This document shows, piece by piece, positions 7,566 to 15,316 of a stretch of DNA of 32,072 bases (position 1 is its first letter; the number at the start of each line of letters is the position of its first letter). Location: the IMG/VR virus record IMGVR_UViG_3300025528_000027, positions 1-32,072 of that record. One strand, 5' to 3'. Made by a program: the position numbers and the translations under genes. The DNA comes from a virus (lineage: Duplodnaviria; Caudoviricetes). Below the pieces are notes generated by a model. That model had not been told where the DNA came from and ran no database searches. It saw only the letters and a list, made by a program, of their open reading frames with translations.

Positions 7566-8019
7566 GGTCATCGGCGGCTCGGTGGCGGCTGTGCTGATCG
7601 CTGCCGCGGCGATCATCAGGCCGTGGGAAGGTCTGGAGACGGACCCATACGAGGACGTTGTTGGCGTCTGGACGGTCTGCTACGGCCAGACTGGCGTGGA
7701 GATGCGCAGCTACACGCCGGACGAGTGCGACGCGATGCTGCGTGAGAGTGTCGCGCGGTATGCCGACGCGGTGGGTAAGTGCATCCACCGGCCGCTGACC
7801 GTGAATCAGTGGGCTGCTGTCACGTCGTGGGCCTACAACGTCGGCACCGGCGCGGCCTGCGGCTCGACGCTGGTGCGCCAGATCAACGCGGGCGAGCCGC
7901 CGGAGGTGTGGTGCCGGCAGCTCCTGCGGTGGGACAAGGCGGGCGGGCGGACTGTGCGCGGTCTGACGCTGCGCAGGCAGGCGGAGTATCGCGTCTGCAT
8001 CGGGGAGGCCGAGGAATGA
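7537..8019 (+). CDS. Endolysin, GH24 lysozyme with N-terminal SAR-like segment
   Basis: E-X8-D-X5-T triad (WEGLETDPYEDVVGVWT), CYGQT, YNVG, GLTLRRQAE. Gly/Ala-rich N-terminal hydrophobic stretch. Confidence 0.93.
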   Translation: MSAPRNLSGKVIGGSVAAVLIAAAAIIRPWEGLETDPYEDVVGVWTVCYGQTGVEMRSYTPDECDAMLRESVARYADAVGKCIHRPLTVNQWAAVTSWAYNVGTGAACGSTLVRQINAGEPPEVWCRQLLRWDKAGGRTVRGLTLRRQAEYRVCIGEAEE

Positions 8020-8507
8020 TCAATATGCCCGGCGCCTCTGCGCGGATTTACGTGTACGCGCTGGGTCTCACTATTGCGTTCTGCGCGGGCGCGTGGGTTG
8101 GCTATCAGCCCGGCGCTGTGCGTGCGGAGCGGGCAGAGCGTGCGCTCGCGATGGCGCAGCGTGACGCGGCACAACGGGTGGCGCTGGCAGAGGGCAGGGC
8201 CCGCGAGGCTGAGCGCAGGGCAGCCGAAAGGATCGCTGAGATCGAGGCGGCCCAAGCGGCCCAACAGGAGCGAATCGAAAGTGAAATCGAAGCTCGCACT
8301 CGTGATTTGCGCGATGGCAATCTCCGGCTGCGCCGCGAAATCGCCGCTCTTGCAACCGCCAGCGTGTCCCGAGAGGCCGCCGCTACCGCAGAGTCTGAGG
8401 CAGCCGCTGCACGCGGAGCGGAGCTTGTCGCAGCTGCTGTTGGAATCGGGGCTGCCTGCGACGCCCGAATCCAGGCCCTGATCGAGGCATACGAGGCGAC
8501 CCGATGA
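8016..8507 (+). CDS. Rz: Inner-membrane spanin
   Basis: N-terminal TM segment (IYVYALGLTIAFCAGAWVGY), coiled-coil Ala/Glu/Arg body and an LRDGNLRLR motif. Follows the endolysin. Confidence 0.85.
   Translation: MINMPGASARIYVYALGLTIAFCAGAWVGYQPGAVRAERAERALAMAQRDAAQRVALAEGRAREAERRAAERIAEIEAAQAAQQERIESEIEARTRDLRDGNLRLRREIAALATASVSREAAATAESEAAAARGAELVAAAVGIGAACDARIQALIEAYEATR
8281..8481 (+). CDS. Rz1: Outer-membrane lipoprotein spanin embedded in Rz
   Basis: GTG start at 8281 in a different frame. Signal peptide MKSKLALVICAMA, lipobox ISGC, Pro-rich mature part. Confidence 0.85.
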   Translation: MKSKLALVICAMAISGCAAKSPLLQPPACPERPPLPQSLRQPLHAERSLSQLLLESGLPATPESRP

Positions 8508-8701
8508 CTCCGGACGAGCTGGGCATCGCGTTCGCTCAAGCGTGCCAAGAGCGGGGCCAGGTTGGATTTGCGCTGCGACTGCTGGAATCGGGCAGCGTCC
8601 GGCTGATCGGACTGAGCCTGCCGGGCCACGTTGTCGCGGATCTGCTCCGGACGGCAGCGGACGTGTACGAGGCGAATGCTGCGCCGGAGACGGTGAACTA
8701 A
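8504..8701 (+). CDS. Hypothetical protein (65 aa)
   Basis: ATGA-coupled to the Rz stop, with a GAGG RBS. Confidence 0.6.
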   Translation: MTPDELGIAFAQACQERGQVGFALRLLESGSVRLIGLSLPGHVVADLLRTAADVYEANAAPETVN

Positions 8702-8710
8702 GGAACTCTG

Positions 8711-8905
8711 ATGGGCTGCAAAGCATGTGAGCGCCGCAGGAAACGGATGCGTGAGCTGCGGGACAAGAAGGCGGCCAAGGGCAAGAAGGTTCAGGCGGCG
8801 GTGATTGATGCTGCGCTGAAGGCGTCCGAGGCGGCAGGCAGGGCGCTAGGCATCCACGGCGAGGTGGACGATGAGCGACGAGAGAATCCAGGGGACGGCG
8901 CCTGA
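8711..8905 (+). CDS. Hypothetical basic protein (MGCKAC..., 64 aa)
   Basis: AAGGA RBS, CxxC and a basic N-terminus. Confidence 0.6.
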   Translation: MGCKACERRRKRMRELRDKKAAKGKKVQAAVIDAALKASEAAGRALGIHGEVDDERRENPGDGA

Positions 8906-9047
8906 GTTGTCGGCTGCGCTGAATCGCATCGCTGACGCGCTGGAACGGTTGGCCGACGTGTACCTGTACGTCAATGACCCCGAGGGAGAGGAGGGCGAGC
9001 TGCCGCAATCGCGGGCGCTGCCGGAGGGGTTCAGGGGCATGCGGTGA
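8871..9047 (+). CDS. Hypothetical protein (58 aa; not in supplied ORF track)
   Basis: GAGGTG RBS, ATG at 8871, reads MSDERIQGTAPELSAALNRIADALERLADVY...GMR. Its stop overlaps the HNH start (TGATG). Confidence 0.6.
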   Translation: MSDERIQGTAPELSAALNRIADALERLADVYLYVNDPEGEEGELPQSRALPEGFRGMR

Positions 9048-9391
9048 TGGGCGACAGGGCGAAGGTTGGCAATGGCCACCCTGAGCCCGTCAGCCGCTGG
9101 GGCAGGGGCAGAGGCGGCAGGCCATGGCGTCGGCTGGTAGAGGCAGTCAAGCGCCGGGACAAGTACACCTGCCAAGCATGTGGGCGGGTGACTGAGGACG
9201 GCGAGTGCGACCACATCGTCCCCACGCACAAGGGCGGCAAGACGGAGCTGGCGAACTTGCAGTGGCTGTGCAGGGAGCCGTGCCATGCCGCTAAAACGGC
9301 AAGGGAGGCGCTAGAGGCGCGAGGCGTCGAGCCAGTCAGGGTGAGCCGGGCGGAGCGCAGGAAGCGCCCTGGCGACCACTGGGGCAGGTGA
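9047..9391 (+). CDS. HNH endonuclease (terminase-associated, HK97 gp74-like)
   Basis: RDKYTCQAC..CDHIVP..GG..NLQWLC..CH..KT, immediately upstream of terS. Confidence 0.9.
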   Translation: MGDRAKVGNGHPEPVSRWGRGRGGRPWRRLVEAVKRRDKYTCQACGRVTEDGECDHIVPTHKGGKTELANLQWLCREPCHAAKTAREALEARGVEPVRVSRAERRKRPGDHWGR

Positions 9392-9506
9392 GTGGCGCAG
9401 GATGCCGGGGGGGGGCATTTGTTAAAATTGTGTTAAGCGACGGACACCGCCGCCCGGACCTCTTTTCAGTGAAACCGTAACAATTTCCGAACCGAGGGGT
9501 ACAGGA
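9392..9506. other. Probable cos/packaging initiation region
   Basis: Non-coding gap between HNH and terS containing a G9 run (9407-9415), an AT-rich patch and CGCCGCCCGG (9448-9457). Confidence 0.5.
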
Positions 9507-9905
9507 ATGAGCGACAATGTGGTCGCCCTGTCGGCCCCGAGCGTGCATCTCCAGCCGCCTGCGGGGTTGACGGAAGAGCAGGCGCAGGTTTGGCGCGAAA
9601 CGGTCAATGCGCGGTCGGCGGATTTCTTCGGCCCGGATCAGGTGCCGTTGCTGGAGGAATACTGCCGGGCCGTGGTGACGTGCCGGCTGCTTGGTGCGCA
9701 GATTGAGGCGGCGATTGCCGGGGGTGACCCGGGGGAGCTGAAGGCCGTGCTCGACATGCGGGACAAGGAGAGCAGGCGGCTGGCGTCCTTGGCGACGAAG
9801 TTGCGGCTGACGAATCAGAGCCGCTACACGCCCCAGTCGGCGGCCACGGCTGCCAAGAAGGGCGGCGGCGGGAAGGTATGGCAGTTCGGCAAGACTGGAG
9901 GCTGA
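9507..9905 (+). CDS. terS: Terminase small subunit (P27-like)
   Basis: PP.GL....VW....D..LLEEYC...LATKLRLT.QSR, positioned before terL. Confidence 0.85.
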   Translation: MSDNVVALSAPSVHLQPPAGLTEEQAQVWRETVNARSADFFGPDQVPLLEEYCRAVVTCRLLGAQIEAAIAGGDPGELKAVLDMRDKESRRLASLATKLRLTNQSRYTPQSAATAAKKGGGGKVWQFGKTGG

Positions 9906-11416
9906 AGGGTCCGGAAGGCTGGACTCGGGGCGAGCGGAACGCCGCATGGGTGGAGGCGTTTTGCAGGGTCCCAGAAGGCAAGGATCGCGGCAAGCCTGTC
10001 CGGCTGAGGGATTGGCAGGTAGACGAGTTCCGCCGCCTGTATGACAGCCCGACTCGGACCTTCATTGTTTCGTTCGGTCGCAAGAACGGCAAGACGGCGC
10101 TAATCGCCTTCATCGTCCTGCTGCACCTGTGCGGGCCTGAGGCTGAGATTGGGTCTGAGATAGTGTCTGGTGCGCGATCCCGCGACCAGGCGGCGATGGT
10201 GTTCCGGTATGCGAGCAAGTGCGTTCGCATGAATCCGGACCTCGCCGAGATCGTCCGGATCCGGGACACGGCAAAAGAGCTGGAGTGCCCCGACCTCCAG
10301 ACAATCTACAAAGCGCTGTCTGCGGACGCGGCGACGAACCTTGGCCGGTCGCCCAAGTTGGCGATCCATGACGAGCTGGGGCAGGTCAAGGGGCCGCGTG
10401 ATGACTTCTACGAGGCCATCGACACGGCGCAGGGTGCACACGAACACCCGCTGACCATCATCATTTCGACGCAGGCTCCGAGGTCGGGCGATCTGCTGTC
10501 GATCATGATTGACGACGCCCTGAGGGGGTCTGATCCGATGACCAAGGTGTCGCTGTACACGGCACCGGAGGACATGGACCCGTTTTCAGAGGAAGCGTTG
10601 CGGGCTGCTAACCCGGCCTACGGTGACTTCCTCAACGCGGAGTATTGCCGCGAGCTGGCGGAGAAGGCGCGCCGGATGCCGAGCCGAGAGGCGGCATACC
10701 GGAACCTGATCCTCAATCAGCGCGTCAACATGCACAACCCGTTCGTCACCCGGTCGGTGTGGGAGATGAACGCGGGCGAGCCTGACTTTGACAGGTGCCA
10801 CGAGTTCTACATCGGGCTGGACCTGTCCGCCAGGAACGACCTGACGGCCCTGGTCGTTGTGGGGCGAGACGAGGATGGCGTGATTCACGTCCGGCCGGAG
10901 TTCTTCGGCCCGATGGTGGGCGTTGAGGACCGGTCGGAGCGGGACCGTGAGCCGTATGACGTCTGGGGGCGCGAGGGCTATATCACCCTGACGCCCGGAT
11001 CGTCCGTCGATTACCGCTATGTCGCGGAACGACTGGTGGAGCTGTGCGACGAACTGCCGGTGAAGGCGGTGTCGTTTGACCGCTGGCGGATGGACGTGCT
11101 GAAGCGCGAGCTTTCGGCCTTGGGCGCTGAGTTGCCGTTGGTCGAGTTCGGGCAGGGGTTCAAGGACATGACCCCGGCGCTGGAATCGCTGGAGTCGCTG
11201 CTGTTGGCGGGCATGGTTCGCCACGGCTCGCACCCGGTGCTCGATATGTGCGCCGAGAACGCGGTGGCTGTGATGGACCCCGCAGGCAATCGAAAGCTGG
11301 ACAAGTCCAAGGCGACGGGCCGAATCGACGGCATGGTGGCACTGGCAATGGCGGTGGGCAAGGCGAGCACGCAGCCGGTGGAGCAGAAGAAGCCGCTAGT
11401 GATGCGGTGGATTTGA
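9878..11416 (+). CDS. terL: Terminase large subunit
   Basis: Walker A GRKNGKT, Walker B IHDE, coupling motif ISTQ, nuclease GLDLS..DLTA, and RIDGMVALAMA. Confidence 0.96.
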   Translation: MAVRQDWRLKGPEGWTRGERNAAWVEAFCRVPEGKDRGKPVRLRDWQVDEFRRLYDSPTRTFIVSFGRKNGKTALIAFIVLLHLCGPEAEIGSEIVSGARSRDQAAMVFRYASKCVRMNPDLAEIVRIRDTAKELECPDLQTIYKALSADAATNLGRSPKLAIHDELGQVKGPRDDFYEAIDTAQGAHEHPLTIIISTQAPRSGDLLSIMIDDALRGSDPMTKVSLYTAPEDMDPFSEEALRAANPAYGDFLNAEYCRELAEKARRMPSREAAYRNLILNQRVNMHNPFVTRSVWEMNAGEPDFDRCHEFYIGLDLSARNDLTALVVVGRDEDGVIHVRPEFFGPMVGVEDRSERDREPYDVWGREGYITLTPGSSVDYRYVAERLVELCDELPVKAVSFDRWRMDVLKRELSALGAELPLVEFGQGFKDMTPALESLESLLLAGMVRHGSHPVLDMCAENAVAVMDPAGNRKLDKSKATGRIDGMVALAMAVGKASTQPVEQKKPLVMRWI

Positions 11417-11426
11417 GGGGCAGAAG

Positions 11427-11972
11427 ATGCAATCCAATCGCGCCTATTCGGTGCTCGAAATCAAGTCTGTTGACGTGGAGGAGCGCTCCATCACGGGCAT
11501 TGCGACCACTCCCGAGACTGACCGTGTCGGCGACATCGTGGACCCGCTGGGGGCGAAGTTCGCGGAGGAGATCCCGCTGCTTTGGCAGCACCAGCACGAC
11601 AAGCCTGTGGGCGTTGCGCGATTTGGAAAGGCCACGAAGTCTGGCATCCCATTCACCGCCACGATTGCCAAGATCGCCGAGCCCGGGCCGCTGAAGGACC
11701 TGGTGGATATGGCTTGGCAAGCGGTGAAGGCCAAGCTGGTCCGGGGCGTGTCGATTGGCTTCCGCGCGCTTGGCTATGAGCCATTGGAGACTGGCGGCCT
11801 GAAGTTCACCGAGACCGAGATCTACGAGCTTTCGCTGGTGACGATCCCGGCGAATGCCTCGGCCACGATCCAGACGATCAAGAGCATGGACCGCAAACAT
11901 CTGGAAGGCGCGGTGAAGCTGATCCGCGCCCGCGATGTTGCGATCAAGAACGGAGCGGTTCCGCTCCGCTGA
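11427..11972 (+). CDS. HK97-family prohead protease
   Basis: DRVGDIV, LLWQHQHDKPVG, GVSIGF, ELSLVTIPAN. Confidence 0.93.
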   Translation: MQSNRAYSVLEIKSVDVEERSITGIATTPETDRVGDIVDPLGAKFAEEIPLLWQHQHDKPVGVARFGKATKSGIPFTATIAKIAEPGPLKDLVDMAWQAVKAKLVRGVSIGFRALGYEPLETGGLKFTETEIYELSLVTIPANASATIQTIKSMDRKHLEGAVKLIRARDVAIKNGAVPLR

Positions 11973-11974
11973 GC

Positions 11975-11990
11975 ACTGTCGTGAGACAGC
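11975..11990 (+). repeat. 16-bp direct repeat copy 1 (GUGA-tetraloop hairpin)
   Basis: ACTGTCGTGAGACAGC, identical to 12191-12206; folds as CTGTC-GTGA-GACAG. Confidence 0.85.
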
Positions 11991-12038
11991 GCATCCCCTA
12001 GAGGGAACCGAGCCGGGGCGCTGATCCCCGGCAACTAA

Positions 12039-12114
12039 GCCGGACTAGCTCAATTGGCAGAGCGGGGTCTTTGTAAGACTCGGGTTGGCGGTTCGATTCC
12101 GTCGTCCGGCTCCA
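12039..12114 (+). tRNA. trnT: tRNA-Thr (anticodon UGU)
   Basis: 76-nt cloverleaf: acceptor GCCGGAC/GTCCGGC, D arm GCTC/GAGC, anticodon stem GGGTC/GACTC with loop TT-TGT-AA (anticodon 12072-12074), T loop TTCGATT, encoded CCA. Confidence 0.93.
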
Positions 12115-12121
12115 AATTCAA

Positions 12122-12184
12122 GCGTCCATCCGCCCGTGGAACGGCGGTGCAGGGCTGCGCGTGGAACCGCAGCCGCATGGGCGC
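12122..12184 (+). ncRNA. Putative three-way-junction RNA element in the capsid leader
   Basis: GCGTCCAT/ATGGGCGC closes two hairpins (CCGCC/GGCGG and GGCTGCG/CGCAGCC) that both carry CGTGGAAC. Confidence 0.5.
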
Positions 12185-12190
12185 CAACCG

Positions 12191-12206
12191 ACTGTCGTGA
12201 GACAGC
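12191..12206 (+). repeat. 16-bp direct repeat copy 2 (GUGA-tetraloop hairpin)
   Basis: ACTGTCGTGAGACAGC, identical to 11975-11990. Confidence 0.85.
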
Positions 12207-12254
12207 CGATCGCATCGCCGCGAGGCGACGCATCCGAATACATGGAGCAAGAAA

Positions 12255-13679
12255 ATGAGCAATTACGCGAAGCAGATCGCCGATCTCCAGGCGACCCGCA
12301 AGGCCAAGGCCGAGGAGATGAAGGCCCTCGCCAAGACTGCGGAAGAGCAGGGCCGGACGTTCGATACCGGCGAGCAGGAGCAGTTTGACGAGCTGAAGGC
12401 GGCCATTGCGCAGATTGACAAGAGCATTGCCAACCTGCGCGAGCTGGAGGCCATCGAGAAGGCCGAGGCCGCCGATGCCGCGACCGCGAAGGCGGTTTCG
12501 GGCGACGAGCGCGCCAAGTCTGCGGTGTCCGTGGTCCGTGGCGGCGACGTGCAGGTCAAGGACACCACCAAGCTGGACAAGGGTATCAGCTTTGCCCGCA
12601 TGGCTCGCGTCAAGGCGCTGGCGTTCACTGGTCAGGCTGGCACCCGCAACGAGATCGAGATTGCCCAGAACCTGTATCCGGGCGACGAGTCGCTGGTGAA
12701 GTCGATCCAGAAGGCTGCGGTCCCGGCGGCGAATACCCTTACGGGCAGTGCCACCTGGGCGGGCAACCTGATCAACGAGGGTGGCGCTGCGTTCGCCGAC
12801 TTCGTGGAGTACCTGCGCGAGCGTTCGCTGTATGGTCAGATCAGCGACCGATTCCGCAGGCTGCCGTTCGACGCGCCGGTGCTGGTGCAGAGTTCTGGCG
12901 GCACTGCCCAGTGGGTCAAGGAGGGTGACGCGAAGCCGCTGACGCAGTGGACCTACACCCGCGCCAAGCTGACCCCGCTGAAGGTGGCCGCGATTGCCGC
13001 TGCGACCAAGGAGACGCTGATGCGCGCCTCGGTCAATGCTGATGCGTTCCTGCGTGACGAGCTGGCCCGTGCGGTCAATGCTCGCATCGACGGCACGCTG
13101 ATCAGCGCCGCCGCTGCCGTGACCGATGAGTCGCCGGCTGGCCTGCTGAACGGCACTGCGCCGCTGACCCTTTCGGGCGACGGTTCGGTGGCGGGCATCC
13201 GCTGCGACATCGCGCAGTTCCTGAAGGAGCTTGTCGGCGACAACCTGAGCGTGTCGGGCGCCTTCTGGGTCATGCCCGAGACGGTCGCGATTGACCTGTC
13301 GCTGGCGACCAACGAGGTCGGCGCTCCGGCGTTCCCGGGCATCACCCCGAACGGCGGCACGCTGGCGGGTCTGCCGGTGTTCACGTCGCAGTACGTGCCG
13401 ACCGACTCGGACGGCCCGGTTGTGGCGCTGATCAAGGGCGACGAGATCTTCCTCGGCGACGAGGGCGGCGTTCAGGTGTCTGTGTCGGATCAGGCGTCGC
13501 TGCTGATGGACAACGCGCCGACGATGGACAGCACCACGCCGACCGGCTCGAACTCGGTGGTCAGCATGTGGCAGACCAACAGCGTTGCGTTCCTGGTCGA
13601 GCGTTTCATCAACTGGCAGAAGCGTCGCGCTTCGGCGGTTGTGTGGGCGCACGTCAACTGGAATGCCTGCGCGTCCTAA
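12255..13679 (+). CDS. Major capsid protein, HK97 fold with N-terminal delta (scaffold) domain
   Basis: Coiled-coil N-terminus, WVKEG..KP, LTPLKVAAI, TLAGLPVFTSQYVP, SMWQTNSVAFLVER. Confidence 0.95.
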   Translation: MSNYAKQIADLQATRKAKAEEMKALAKTAEEQGRTFDTGEQEQFDELKAAIAQIDKSIANLRELEAIEKAEAADAATAKAVSGDERAKSAVSVVRGGDVQVKDTTKLDKGISFARMARVKALAFTGQAGTRNEIEIAQNLYPGDESLVKSIQKAAVPAANTLTGSATWAGNLINEGGAAFADFVEYLRERSLYGQISDRFRRLPFDAPVLVQSSGGTAQWVKEGDAKPLTQWTYTRAKLTPLKVAAIAAATKETLMRASVNADAFLRDELARAVNARIDGTLISAAAAVTDESPAGLLNGTAPLTLSGDGSVAGIRCDIAQFLKELVGDNLSVSGAFWVMPETVAIDLSLATNEVGAPAFPGITPNGGTLAGLPVFTSQYVPTDSDGPVVALIKGDEIFLGDEGGVQVSVSDQASLLMDNAPTMDSTTPTGSNSVVSMWQTNSVAFLVERFINWQKRRASAVVWAHVNWNACAS

Positions 13680-13689
13680 GCGGCACTTC

Positions 13690-13720
13690 GGAGGGGCTGG
13701 GAAACCGGCCCCTCCTTTTT
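13690..13720 (+). terminator. Intrinsic terminator after the capsid gene
   Basis: GGAGGGGCTGG-GAAA-CCGGCCCCTCC followed by TTTTT. Confidence 0.88.
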
Positions 13721-13734
13721 CGGCGAGGTGACAA

Positions 13735-13929
13735 GTGCGAATTCAATATCGAGCGAACGGTATGCAGCGCGAGGTGCGGGACAGCGTGGGCGAGGTTCTG
13801 ATTGCCCGCAATCTTGCGACCCGCGTTTACCGGACGCGTGAGCTTGTGGCCGATGAGCCGGAAGAGGCACCTCGCACGGGCAAGTCAAAGCGGAAATACA
13901 AGCGGCGCGATCTGGCTGCCGAGGACTGA
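13735..13929 (+). CDS. Hypothetical small basic protein (64 aa)
   Basis: GAGGTG RBS, GTG start, C-terminal KRKYKRRDL. Lies between capsid and portal. Confidence 0.7.
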   Translation: MRIQYRANGMQREVRDSVGEVLIARNLATRVYRTRELVADEPEEAPRTGKSKRKYKRRDLAAED

Positions 13930-13930
13930 G

Positions 13931-15316
13931 ATGCGAATTTTCGGGTTCAACATCACGCGCGAGAAGGCGGCGAAGCCCGTGACTGACTGGCGTCGTGGCT
14001 GGCGCGTCATCCATGAACCCTATACGGGCGCGTGGCAGAAGAACGACGAGCTGAAGCGCGGCGACCTGACCTGCTACCCGGCGCTGTATGCGTGCCTGAA
14101 TCGAATCACGCAGGACATTGGCAAGCTGCCGTTCCTGCTGAAGAGGAGGGGCGCGAACGGGATCTGGGAGGTTGCCGAGAACCCGGCATGGTCGCCCGTC
14201 CTGCGCAAGCCGAATGGCTACCAGACCGCGCAGCAGTTCCGCGAGGCGTGGATTCTGTCGAAGCTGCTGGACGGAAACACGTTTGTCCTGAAGCAGCGCG
14301 ACAATCGAGGCGTGGTCACGTCTCTGTACGTTCTGGACCCGAGCCGCGTTGAGCCGCTGGTGTCGGAAGCGGGCCGCGTGTTTTACCGGCTGAACTATGG
14401 CACGGCCAACAACCTGCTGCCCGATGCCTACGGCGGGGAGCAGATCACGGTTCCGGCGTCGGAGATCATCCACGACCGGATCAATCCGTTCCATCATCAG
14501 CTGCTCGGCGTGCCGCCTCTGTGCGCGGCTGCGCTGGCGGCAGGAAAGAATTTCAAGATCCTTCGCAACAGTTCGGCGTTCTTTGCCAACAACGCAAGTC
14601 CGGGCGGCCTGATTACCGCGCCCGCGGGCTTGACTGAGGAAGAGGCCGACGCAATCCAGGCCGCGTTCAATGAAAGGTACAGCGGCGAGAACAGCGGCAA
14701 GATCGCTGTGATCGGTGCCGACCTGAGGTTTACGCCGTTCTCCTTCAAGGCGGCGGATTCGCAGCTTGTCGAGCAGCTTCGCTACTCGGACGAACAAATC
14801 TGCCAGCCTTTCGGCATCCCGCCGTTCAAGATTGGCATCGGCTCGATCCCCGCAGGCATGACGGTTGACCAGATCAACCTGCTCTACCACGAGGACGCGC
14901 TGAGCGGCCATATCGAGGCGATGGAGAACCTGCTGGATGAGGCCCTGAACCTGCCACAGGACTGGGGGATCTGGCTGGATACGGAACCGCTGTTCCGCAT
15001 GGACGAGGGCAAGCGTGCGGAGATCGAGACGAAGCTGGTCGGCGGGATGATCAAGACGCCTGACGAGTCCCGCGCGAAGTTTGGCCTTGCCCCGACCGCT
15101 GGCGGCAATACGTTGTGGGGCCAGCATCAAGACTACCCGCTCGGGACGCTGGCCAATCGCCTGCCGCCTGACCAGAAGCCGCAGTCGCCTGAGCAGGCAG
15201 CCCCCACGGCGGATGAAGGCACGGCGAGAGAGGAAGAGCGGGCTATGGTGGCGGCTGCGATTGCGCAGCTCGCCCGTCAGTCGCTGAAGAAGAGGAAAGC
15301 GGCAAATGCAGCTTGA
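13931..15316 (+). CDS. Portal protein, HK97 family
   Basis: YAC..RI..DIGKLP, LRKPNGYQT, LLDGN, EIIHDR, FFANNASPGG, DSQLVEQ, PFGIPP, KTPDESR. Start at ATG 13931. Confidence 0.93.
   Translation: MRIFGFNITREKAAKPVTDWRRGWRVIHEPYTGAWQKNDELKRGDLTCYPALYACLNRITQDIGKLPFLLKRRGANGIWEVAENPAWSPVLRKPNGYQTAQQFREAWILSKLLDGNTFVLKQRDNRGVVTSLYVLDPSRVEPLVSEAGRVFYRLNYGTANNLLPDAYGGEQITVPASEIIHDRINPFHHQLLGVPPLCAAALAAGKNFKILRNSSAFFANNASPGGLITAPAGLTEEEADAIQAAFNERYSGENSGKIAVIGADLRFTPFSFKAADSQLVEQLRYSDEQICQPFGIPPFKIGIGSIPAGMTVDQINLLYHEDALSGHIEAMENLLDEALNLPQDWGIWLDTEPLFRMDEGKRAEIETKLVGGMIKTPDESRAKFGLAPTAGGNTLWGQHQDYPLGTLANRLPPDQKPQSPEQAAPTADEGTAREEERAMVAAAIAQLARQSLKKRKAANAA

Noticed and set aside
12039-12114. tRNA as prophage integration site
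   Set aside because: It lies mid head operon with phage genes on both sides, and no duplicated 3' tRNA fragment was noticed elsewhere.
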